From the IMG/VR virus record IMGVR_UViG_3300028048_000060, positions 1-64,000 of that record: DNA of 64,000 nt. One strand, written 5' to 3'. Numbering within the stretch: the stretch's first letter is position 1; every line of letters begins with the position of its first letter. The translations under genes and the position numbers were made by a program. The notes below the pieces were generated by a model. That model had not been told where the DNA came from, searched no databases, and saw nothing but the letters and a program-made list of their open reading frames with translations. The stretch is from a virus. Lineage: Duplodnaviria > Caudoviricetes. Shown piece after piece: positions 35,756 through 44,177 of the stretch.

Positions 35756-38119
35756 ATGCTAGATGAAATTATCCAGTCTATTATTCCTGATAACATTAAG
35801 AGGATCCCTGTTGTTGAAACAGTGTCCAAAGCATTCTCAGAGATGTTGTCTAAAAACTCTCAGATAGCTATCAGGATAAGACAACTGTTTGACATAGACT
35901 CAAAGGGATATTTTAGGAGAGACTCTAATGGAAACTTAGAGTTTGTTCCTGACAAAAAGGACAGTCTAAAAGACATAGACTATTACTTAGAAGTTTTGTC
36001 TCCAGGAAAAATTGAAAAATTACTTAGTTATATTAAAGAACAATATAATTTAAGTATTAACAAAGAAGACTTAAAAGACTTCTCAGTTCAGTATCCTGAG
36101 ATAATCGCTAAGTGTGAAGAACTGTTATCAGATTACATCACTAAGTGTAAGAATAACTTAAAGACTGGGTTGTTCCAAACATATCTTAGTGTGATGTATT
36201 CTTTAATAGATGACCTGTGTAAAAACAAAGAAATAGTTAACTTAGTCTATAAAAGAAACTTCTCAGACAAGTCTTTGTTAGTTAAAAATTCTGAGGAGTT
36301 CCTTGACTCTGAGTACCTAGGAGCATTTAGATTCTTTCAGGAAAGTTCTGGAACTGAACAAGCAATAAGATACATCTATCAGTTTTCAAGATATTTAGAA
36401 ACAGGAAAGTTAGACTCTAACTTAGAACTGGAACTAGGAGCACCATTCTTTATTGGGTACAGAGGTGAACTCCACAGAAGCATATTCAATGAGTTCAACA
36501 AACCAATGGCACACCCTTGTGGTTGGTGTTATTTCTATGACACAATAATGAACTTAGTCTTAGAAGACTACTATGGAATTAAGTTTACCTATGACATAGA
36601 CTATGTTTGTATTAGTTCAGGTCCTAAGAAAATCTATTTTGGAAAACTTCCTGAAGGTATAAGTGCTAAAAATATTAAAGAAAATAAGATGTCTTTGATA
36701 TACAGTACCTTAGCTAACTATGATATTGTCCATGTTATTTCTAACAACGGGGACTTAGTTATCCAGGATGTTGAGTTCTCAGAAGATACTTTAATCAATT
36801 TTGGAGATAACAGTCTTTTAGTTTGTAATTCAGGAGTGTTTGGAAGTTCTCAGACTATAGCATTTGGCCCAAGTAGGTTTATCTATTCTAAGGAAAAGTT
36901 TGACGAAGCCAAAGAGTCAGGAAGAACCTGTTCTTACATTGTCTTTGATAACAGTTTTGTCCTTAATCCAATAAAGATTAATAAGACAGACTATATCTTT
37001 CTGTACAAAGATGAAATGATAATGGATGACAGTATAGAAATTTCTAAGTCTAATGCTTATTACTATAAAGACTTCTTTGATAACTCATTTAAATTAAAGG
37101 GTTCTGAGTATCCATACTTCTCAGGTGTAGATGAAAGCAGACATAAGGTAGTTTCAGACTCAAACATCTTAGATGCCTTTACTTTGACTGTAGATTACTG
37201 TTCTGCCAATTTGACTTATCTAAGACTCAGAGATGATTTTGGAAACTCTAAAGCACTAGTAAGGGAAACAGGAAATCAGTTTAAAGTCAATACTCATGGG
37301 TTTAAGGGTGAAAATCTTATCTTTGAAGCATTTGATGGAAAAGCATACAACAATGATTTCTATATAAAGACTAATTATTTAAACCAAAGAGACTTGAGTG
37401 TGAAGGTCTCCCAGTTTAGTTTGTTAGATAAAAAGATTAAGTTCAAAGCACAGACAACAAACAGAAGAATGGTTATAACTGCTAATATAGATGGAACTTC
37501 TGTTTCTAGAACTTACAACAGTTCTGTTGACTTTGAAATTGACACATCTTCTTATCCATTTTGGTGTAATTATAAGATTACTATAAACGATTATAATGAT
37601 GTTATAACAATTGAAGGAAATGGTATAAACAACGTAAATCAGGGATTTGTGTTTGGCCTCCCTCATTATCCTGAAGAGGAAGTTGTCTATCCAGTATTTC
37701 AGAACTGTACTCCTGACACTATGTCAGGTTCTCAAGCATCAGGAAAGACTATAAAACAACTAAACAACAGTCTTCCAGGAATGACCTTAACTAATGAAGA
37801 CCCTGAAATAAGCAATATCTATGGGACATTTAATGTATCTGAACTAAGACACACAAACTATGACAATGAGTGTCTTATTAACAAAGGATTTAAAAAGTTA
37901 GAATCTGAGACCTCAGATAATGTCATAATGGACTCTTCAAAGTATGTTGAAGACTGTTTCCTTATTGAAAGTTCAGGATATTCTTTATGGTTAGAATTTG
38001 ACAAAGATGAAGAAGATGGTTCTTTAGGAAAATATCTAGTTTGTAGATATCAAAGGGACGATCAAACTTCAGTTGTTAGAAGTTTCCTTAGAGGAAACAT
38101 CCTGATGTTTAGAGATTAA
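35756..38119 (+). CDS. baseplate wedge protein (gp7-like)
   Basis: Follows gp6; F....GTEQAI.YI and MAHPCGW motifs. Confidence 0.6.
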   Translation: MLDEIIQSIIPDNIKRIPVVETVSKAFSEMLSKNSQIAIRIRQLFDIDSKGYFRRDSNGNLEFVPDKKDSLKDIDYYLEVLSPGKIEKLLSYIKEQYNLSINKEDLKDFSVQYPEIIAKCEELLSDYITKCKNNLKTGLFQTYLSVMYSLIDDLCKNKEIVNLVYKRNFSDKSLLVKNSEEFLDSEYLGAFRFFQESSGTEQAIRYIYQFSRYLETGKLDSNLELELGAPFFIGYRGELHRSIFNEFNKPMAHPCGWCYFYDTIMNLVLEDYYGIKFTYDIDYVCISSGPKKIYFGKLPEGISAKNIKENKMSLIYSTLANYDIVHVISNNGDLVIQDVEFSEDTLINFGDNSLLVCNSGVFGSSQTIAFGPSRFIYSKEKFDEAKESGRTCSYIVFDNSFVLNPIKINKTDYIFLYKDEMIMDDSIEISKSNAYYYKDFFDNSFKLKGSEYPYFSGVDESRHKVVSDSNILDAFTLTVDYCSANLTYLRLRDDFGNSKALVRETGNQFKVNTHGFKGENLIFEAFDGKAYNNDFYIKTNYLNQRDLSVKVSQFSLLDKKIKFKAQTTNRRMVITANIDGTSVSRTYNSSVDFEIDTSSYPFWCNYKITINDYNDVITIEGNGINNVNQGFVFGLPHYPEEEVVYPVFQNCTPDTMSGSQASGKTIKQLNNSLPGMTLTNEDPEISNIYGTFNVSELRHTNYDNECLINKGFKKLESETSDNVIMDSSKYVEDCFLIESSGYSLWLEFDKDEEDGSLGKYLVCRYQRDDQTSVVRSFLRGNILMFRD

Positions 38120-38130
38120 TAAATATCCAA

Positions 38131-38138
38131 TATAAATA
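38131..38138 (+). promoter_or_regulatory. late promoter
   Basis: TATAAATA. Confidence 0.8.
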
Positions 38139-38163
38139 AGTTAAAACATTTAAAGGTTATTAT

Positions 38164-38763
38164 ATGACAAACAGAATAACAAAATTAAAAAATGCTCTAG
38201 GAATTGGAGCAAGAAGTAACAGGTTCAGAGTTTACATCACCTTCCCACAGGGATTAGACCTTAGTTCAACAGGATTAAGTGAAACCTGTGATATTCTGTG
38301 TTCTAAGTGTGATGGCTTCCCTGAATTTGGTGCAGATGCTACGGAAGTCCATACCCAAGGAAGAAAATTGTTTATCCCTAAACAGGGTGACAATGGAGGA
38401 GACTGGACGGCTACATTCTATAACTCTGAGACTCACGACCTAAAGAGAGCATTTATTGCTTGGGCAAAGGCAGTTGACCATCCTATTTCAAACACTACAA
38501 CAGGAAGTCCTTCAGATGTTTCTGTTACTCTTAAAGTTGCTCAGTTAGACTCAGCAGAGAACGAGACTGTTGTTGGATGTTTCTATGAAGCATTTGTTAC
38601 TAAGGTAGCAGGACAGGACTTTGATGGCGGAAGTGCTCAGGATGTAGAAGAGTTCACTGTGACATGGAAGTATAGTTGGTTCAACTATGGTGAAGACTCA
38701 GAAAACATGAGACCTGAACAGTATACTCCTGCTACTAAGAATAAGACTGCTTATAACAACTAA
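38164..38763 (+). CDS. gp19: tail tube protein (gp19-like)
   Basis: GARSNRFRV...GRKL.IP......W..TFYN...F.AW...QLD...EEFTVTWKYSW. Confidence 0.85.
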   Translation: MTNRITKLKNALGIGARSNRFRVYITFPQGLDLSSTGLSETCDILCSKCDGFPEFGADATEVHTQGRKLFIPKQGDNGGDWTATFYNSETHDLKRAFIAWAKAVDHPISNTTTGSPSDVSVTLKVAQLDSAENETVVGCFYEAFVTKVAGQDFDGGSAQDVEEFTVTWKYSWFNYGEDSENMRPEQYTPATKNKTAYNN

Positions 38764-38774
38764 AGGACATAATA

Positions 38775-39314
38775 ATGGGGATTTTAGACTCTGTTAAGAA
38801 GATTGTAAAGAAAATAAATCCCTTTAGTAAAAAAGATGGAAAGGAAGTAATCAAAAGGCTTCTTGAAACTAAAATTGATATAAATAAAGAAATAAAAAAG
38901 AAGAATATCGATGATGGAACAATCCTTTTCTTTGAGTATGAAGCAAAGGACCAAACAATGATATTCGACCAGAAGCCTTTGATTATTGTTTTCGGAATAT
39001 CAAATGGATATGTCTTAGGACTCAATTTCCACTGGATTCCAATGAAAGCAAGAAAGACTTTAATTGAATATATTATTAAAATAAATATAAAAAACAATTC
39101 CATTAAAGTCCCTTTGGAATTTAAATATAAGGATTTTAAGAAAATGCTTAAAATTCCTGATTTTAGATTAGCAACAAGGATTTATATCAGAAACAGGATG
39201 TCTAAGAATGGAGTTATCATAGACCCCAAATATCTCCTAGACATAGCACAACTTAGTATTGAGCACTTTTCTGATAAAATTGACATTGATAGAATTGTTA
39301 AGGATTTGAAATGA
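38775..39314 (+). CDS. gp2: DNA end protector protein (gp2-like)
   Basis: FFEYEAK....FDQKPL......GLNFHWIP...R; R.YI..R. Confidence 0.8.
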   Translation: MGILDSVKKIVKKINPFSKKDGKEVIKRLLETKIDINKEIKKKNIDDGTILFFEYEAKDQTMIFDQKPLIIVFGISNGYVLGLNFHWIPMKARKTLIEYIIKINIKNNSIKVPLEFKYKDFKKMLKIPDFRLATRIYIRNRMSKNGVIIDPKYLLDIAQLSIEHFSDKIDIDRIVKDLK

Positions 39315-40462
39315 ATACCAAACAGTTAAAAAGTGTGTTGACCAATCCTGATATTTTTGCCAAAGCTCTTAATGAAGACTTGGAAAACGCACTTAAAAAT
39401 TCAAATATCATCAAAGGAGAAATAATGATGGCAAAACGCTATGGTAGAGTTAACACTCTTTCAAAGTATATTAAGAACTTAATCAACGAAGCAGAAGAAG
39501 TTGAAGTAACCGATAACGAAATCGAAGGTTCAACTGATGATGTAACTGAGTCTTTCCGTAAGGTTCGTAGAGCACTTAAGGAAGCAGAAGATGCATTAGA
39601 AGTAGCAGAAGAAGAAGGTCAGGATGTTTCTGATATTCAGGATGCTATTGACGATGCTCAGGATGCAGTTGCTGAAGGTGATGAAGAAGAAGTAGTAGAA
39701 TCTTTAAAGAAAATCTATAAGAAGTTAAAGGAAGCAGAAGAAGTCCTTGACAATACTGATGTAGATGAAGACGAAGAAGAAATCGTTGAATCTTTAAAGA
39801 AGGTTTCACGCAAGCTTTCTAAGGCTAAGAGAATTGTTGAAGAAACTGAAATCACTGACCCTGAAGATGGTGGTTCTGAAGGTGTTCAGGGTATTGTTGA
39901 ATCTCGTTATCGTAGACTTAGAGGTCGAAAGAACAGACTTTCAGAATCTCGTCGTTTAGCAAGACGTTCTCGTATGGTTGAATCTGAACCAGGAATCCCT
40001 GACGAAGCAGATGAAATCGAAGGAAGTACTGATGATGTAACTGAATCCTTTAAGAGAATTAAACGTGCTCTTAAAGAAGCAGAAGATGAAATCGCTGATG
40101 TAGATGTTCAGGAAGATGATGCTGAAGAAATTCAGGAGTCATTCAAGAAAGCATTGAGAAAGACTTCCAAGGCTCTGAGACTCATGGAAGAAACTGAAGA
40201 TGCAGAAGATATCCAGGATGAAGTTTCTGAATCTTTAAAGCGTGCTAAGAAGTTAGTCGAAGATGCGGAAAACCAGGATGTAGATGAAGACGATGCAGAA
40301 GAAATCCAGGAAGCATGTCGTAAGTTTGCTCGTAACATCAAACGCGCTCGTAAACTTGTAGAAGATGCTGAAAATACTGACACTTGTGACGAAGAAGATG
40401 AAGATGATGGAACTGAAGAAGTTTCTGAAAACTTCAAGAGACGCATTCGTAGAAGTATCTAA
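39311..40462 (+). CDS. acidic repetitive prohead core/scaffold protein
   Basis: Repeats of ES(F/L)KK..R.LKEAE with many [ILV]xE sites; lies between gp2 and gp21; second in-frame start at 39425 with strong RBS. Confidence 0.7.
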   Translation: MNTKQLKSVLTNPDIFAKALNEDLENALKNSNIIKGEIMMAKRYGRVNTLSKYIKNLINEAEEVEVTDNEIEGSTDDVTESFRKVRRALKEAEDALEVAEEEGQDVSDIQDAIDDAQDAVAEGDEEEVVESLKKIYKKLKEAEEVLDNTDVDEDEEEIVESLKKVSRKLSKAKRIVEETEITDPEDGGSEGVQGIVESRYRRLRGRKNRLSESRRLARRSRMVESEPGIPDEADEIEGSTDDVTESFKRIKRALKEAEDEIADVDVQEDDAEEIQESFKKALRKTSKALRLMEETEDAEDIQDEVSESLKRAKKLVEDAENQDVDEDDAEEIQEACRKFARNIKRARKLVEDAENTDTCDEEDEDDGTEEVSENFKRRIRRSI

Positions 40463-40472
40463 GTAATCTTAG

Positions 40473-40505
40473 AAGAAAGACTGGGATTCGTTCCAGTCTT
40501 TTCTT
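40473..40505 (+). terminator. intrinsic terminator
   Basis: AAGACTGGGA-TTCG-TTCCAGTCTTTT (UUCG loop). Confidence 0.75.
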
Positions 40506-40506
40506 A

Positions 40507-40635
40507 AATATTAATTTCATTATAGGTGAGGAACTCACCGAATTTAAGCATGTGGAGATTGAATTTCAATCTATGAAGCATGAAGCTATCACCCTTTAGG
40601 GTGATAGCAGTTCACATAAATACCTTAGAGATTAT
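40507..40635 (+). ncRNA. orphan TnpB omegaRNA / IS200-IS605 right-end relic
   Basis: GGTGAG-GAA-CTCACC hairpin; reads NINFIIGEELTEFKHVE...SMKHEAITL* like a TnpB tail; perfect hairpin GCTATCACCCT-TT-AGGGTGATAGC, then AGTTCAC, the same terminus as the tnpB element. Confidence 0.7.
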
Positions 40636-40651
40636 ATAAGGAAACATTTAA

Positions 40652-41347
40652 ATGAGCGGAGCTAATTTAATATTTGAAATTGATGGTCAGAACTTAGACA
40701 TTGAGAGTGCTGAAATTCTCAATGAAGCAACTGGTCAGAAAGAAAAAACTTATAAACTCAAGGGTATCTTTTCTACAATCGGAGAGAAAAACCGAAACGG
40801 TCGAGTATATCCAAGAGAACTTTGGGAACGAGAAGTAAAAGCATATCAGACTGAAATTGAATCAGGCTCTATTAACACTTTGATGGAATTTGAACATCCT
40901 CCAAGAACTGAAGTTGATATGATGCAAGCAGTTGCTAAGATTAACAGACTCTATATCAAGGGAAACTTTGTGATGGGCGAGGCGGTTATTCTTAATAATG
41001 AAAAATCAAAACAACTAAAGTGCTTAATAGATAATGGAGTAAAGATCTCTGTTTCATCTCGAGGTGTTGGAACTGTTGAAAATGGCGTCGTAACAGACTT
41101 TAAGTTGATTACTTATGACATTGTTCCTAATCCAAGTGATTTTAATGCTACGATGAATGGTATCTGTGAGTCCCATGAAAATGGAATCCATGAGATGTAC
41201 CAGTTAAATGAAGGCATTCTCCAGGGTAAGACTTTTGGAATTGACAAAGCAGGAAACATTATTCCTCAGTTAACAGAGTCAGTTTCCAAGGAAGAATTAA
41301 AAGCAAGTCTTAAAAAAGCATTATGTTCTTTAATAAGTGAGATGTAA
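40652..41347 (+). CDS. gp21: prohead core protease
   Basis: KGIF....KNRNGRVYP, EFEHP, VSSRGVG, DF.LITYDIV.NPS. Confidence 0.95.
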   Translation: MSGANLIFEIDGQNLDIESAEILNEATGQKEKTYKLKGIFSTIGEKNRNGRVYPRELWEREVKAYQTEIESGSINTLMEFEHPPRTEVDMMQAVAKINRLYIKGNFVMGEAVILNNEKSKQLKCLIDNGVKISVSSRGVGTVENGVVTDFKLITYDIVPNPSDFNATMNGICESHENGIHEMYQLNEGILQGKTFGIDKAGNIIPQLTESVSKEELKASLKKALCSLISEM

Positions 41348-41356
41348 GGATTAAAA

Positions 41357-42595
41357 ATGGATTTAGATAAAACAATAAATGAAGCGCTTAATGATTCTGA
41401 AATCAAAGATGCTATTAAAGAGCAAATTGACCTTGTAACTGAAGCTAAGTCTCAGGAGCGAGTTAAGGTTCTCTTAGAAGATGAAATCTCAAAGCTAGAC
41501 ACACAGTGTGATGAGTTCAAACAGGAATTAAAGAAAGAAAATGAAGAAATCCTTAATTCTAAGATAGATGAATTAGAAAAACACTGTGAAGACTACAAAG
41601 AAGAAGTTAGAAAAGAACTTGAAGAGCACTATAAGGCAGAACAAAAGAAATTCACTAAGGAACTGACTGAAAAGGTTTCTGAGTACGTTGATAAGGTTGT
41701 TGAAAACTTCCTTAATAAACACAGAGAAACATTTGTTCAGAACAGAAACTCAATGAAAGTTGAGTCTATCTTAGAAGCATTAAGTGCTGTTTGTGCTGTT
41801 GCAGGAGTAAGGTCTCAGCAGATTACTGAGGGAACTAAATACTTAGCAAATAAAGATGCTATTGTTTATAAGCAAAGAGCAGAAAATCTTAAAGCTAAAC
41901 TTTTAGAGTCACAACAGGAAGTAATTGATACTCAGAACGAAATGGAATCTGAGTTAAATGATGAAAAGGCTAAGACTTCAGAACTTGAAGAAGCCCTGAA
42001 GATGACGGTCAGAGAGAACAAACTTAACGAACAGAAGATTCAAGACCTAAAAGAAAAATTACAACAGAACTTGGATTCATTCAATGAATTAAAGTCTTCT
42101 AGTAAGAAACTTTTAGAAGAAGTTGAAAATCTCACTGAGTCTAATAAAGAACTTAAAGAAAAGAATAATTCTTTAACTGAGTCTATTAAGACTTTAAAGA
42201 CTGACTTTAGGTCTCTTAACTCAAAGAACATTCAACTCTCAGAATCAGTTAAGAGTTTGTCACAGGAAAATAAAAACTTAAATTCTGAGAACGCTAAAAT
42301 CCTCAAGATGGGTGTTATCTCAGAAATGAAGCAGGGAATGACTCTAACTGAAGCTAAGAGATTTGAACAAATAGCTGACCAAATTCCATTTGAACAAACT
42401 AAAGATTATTTTGATAAGCTAGAAGTTTTAAAAGAAGAACTTCTTAACAATCCTAAATATAAGAAGTTGAATGAAGTTACAGATGAACCAGAAACAGAAG
42501 ACACAGAATCTTCAGAATTTGGTTTAGATGACTTAGACCTAGACTCAGAACAGAACTTAGATGATGAAAGTTCACGTTGGGATAGGTTGATTTAA
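41357..42595 (+). CDS. gp22: prohead core scaffold protein
   Basis: Coiled coil between gp21 and gp23; KVSEYVDKVVENF; GMT..EAKRF. Confidence 0.8.
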   Translation: MDLDKTINEALNDSEIKDAIKEQIDLVTEAKSQERVKVLLEDEISKLDTQCDEFKQELKKENEEILNSKIDELEKHCEDYKEEVRKELEEHYKAEQKKFTKELTEKVSEYVDKVVENFLNKHRETFVQNRNSMKVESILEALSAVCAVAGVRSQQITEGTKYLANKDAIVYKQRAENLKAKLLESQQEVIDTQNEMESELNDEKAKTSELEEALKMTVRENKLNEQKIQDLKEKLQQNLDSFNELKSSSKKLLEEVENLTESNKELKEKNNSLTESIKTLKTDFRSLNSKNIQLSESVKSLSQENKNLNSENAKILKMGVISEMKQGMTLTEAKRFEQIADQIPFEQTKDYFDKLEVLKEELLNNPKYKKLNEVTDEPETEDTESSEFGLDDLDLDSEQNLDDESSRWDRLI

Positions 42596-42621
42596 CCGTT
42601 TAACGATTTTTAGAGTTCAAA

Positions 42622-42629
42622 TATAAATA
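42622..42629 (+). promoter_or_regulatory. late promoter
   Basis: TATAAATA before the major capsid gene. Confidence 0.85.
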
Positions 42630-42659
42630 AATTAAAACTAATAAAAAGGAGAAGCCAAT

Positions 42660-44042
42660 ATGGCAGATATTTTAACCGAAGCAAGAAATTATGCACAGGA
42701 TAAGGGAAAGGCTCGCGATGTGCTTAACTCAACTAAGTATAAGCCACTTACTGAGTCACAGCGCGCAGATATGTCTCTTATGTTACGAAACACACAGTCA
42801 GAACTGAAGAACATGCTGAATGAAGGCACAATGAGTTCAGATATTGCACAGTTTACTCCTATCATTCTTCCAATGGTAAGACGTGTATATCCAAACTTAA
42901 TTGCCAACGAACTCTTAGGTGTTCAACCAATGGCAATGCCAACTGGTTACATCTATGCGTTAGTTAATCAGTATATTGGTGATGGTGTAAACTTCACTGA
43001 TGAAGGAACTTCTCCAACTGGTGTAATCTATGAAGTTGAAGATGGTTCTGCTTTAACTGTTTCAGTTGGTGATGTAGCAGGTGATGGTAAGGTTCTCTAT
43101 ATTGAAGACAACAAGGTTTTATGTAGTTTTACTACTACTAAACTTCCTGTCGGTGATACTTCATTAGGTTCTGCTATCACTGGTAAGTACACTAACGAAG
43201 CCGCATTTGGTAAGATTCTGAAGAACTTCACCGGTCCTTATACCACTTGGGACGCTGAACGTAAGGGCGACGATATGTCCGAAATCGGTTTCAGCATTGC
43301 CAAGAAAATGGTAGAAGTTGAAAACAGAGCTTTAAAGGGTCGTTACACTGTTGAAATGTATCAGGACTTAAAGGCACAGCACGGTTTAGCCGCTGATGAT
43401 GAACTTATGTCCTTAATGCAGTATGAAATCCAGGCTGAAATGGACAGACAGGTTGTAGACTTTGTTAACTCAAATGCTACCCAGTTACCTGATACCAACT
43501 TTGGTATTCCAGCAACTCAGGCTGATATCATTATTCCTGATGGTCGTTGGGAAATTGAACGTTATCGTGCTCAAACTGTTCGTATTGCTAAGGAAGCTAC
43601 TTTAATTGGTATCGACACCAAGCGTGGACAGGGTAATTTCTTACTCGTATCTCCACTTGTAGCTACTATGTTAGAACAGGTTGGTTCATTCCAGGCCGCT
43701 CCTGTTGCTAGTGGTGTAAATGCTCCAGTATCAGGTGGTATTGCAGGTACATTTGATAATCGTTATAAGGTTGTAATTGACCAGTATGCTACAAATGATT
43801 ATTGTACAGTTCTTTACAAGGGTACTGACAGACGTGACTCAATGGGATTCTTTGCTCCATATGTTCCACTTGCATTTACTCGTGTAACTAACTTCGAATC
43901 AGGTCAGCCTGCTATCATTGCTAAGACTCGTTATGCCTTAACAACTATTCCAGGTATTGAATCTCCTGATTCAAATGACCGCGCTAAGGCTTACGCTCGT
44001 AGCTTTGGTATCGATTTTGCGAACACAATCCTTGCTAGATAA
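42660..44042 (+). CDS. gp23: major capsid protein
   Basis: PMVRRVYPNLIANELLGVQPM..PTG; RALKGRYTVE..QDLKAQHG; FFAPYVPL; QPAIIAKTRYAL. Confidence 0.97.
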   Translation: MADILTEARNYAQDKGKARDVLNSTKYKPLTESQRADMSLMLRNTQSELKNMLNEGTMSSDIAQFTPIILPMVRRVYPNLIANELLGVQPMAMPTGYIYALVNQYIGDGVNFTDEGTSPTGVIYEVEDGSALTVSVGDVAGDGKVLYIEDNKVLCSFTTTKLPVGDTSLGSAITGKYTNEAAFGKILKNFTGPYTTWDAERKGDDMSEIGFSIAKKMVEVENRALKGRYTVEMYQDLKAQHGLAADDELMSLMQYEIQAEMDRQVVDFVNSNATQLPDTNFGIPATQADIIIPDGRWEIERYRAQTVRIAKEATLIGIDTKRGQGNFLLVSPLVATMLEQVGSFQAAPVASGVNAPVSGGIAGTFDNRYKVVIDQYATNDYCTVLYKGTDRRDSMGFFAPYVPLAFTRVTNFESGQPAIIAKTRYALTTIPGIESPDSNDRAKAYARSFGIDFANTILAR

Positions 44043-44086
44043 TTTTAGGTATTTTAAGTAACTAGATTATCTTATAAACAACGTTT

Positions 44087-44114
44087 AAATACCCTCTTAA
44101 TTGAGGGTATTTTT
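44087..44114 (+). terminator. intrinsic terminator after gp23
   Basis: AAATACCCTC-TTAATT-GAGGGTATTTTT. Confidence 0.85.
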
Positions 44115-44177
44115 ATGTCTTGAAAGTCTCCATAAAATCATATATAATTACAATAATATAAACTAATAGGATAATAT

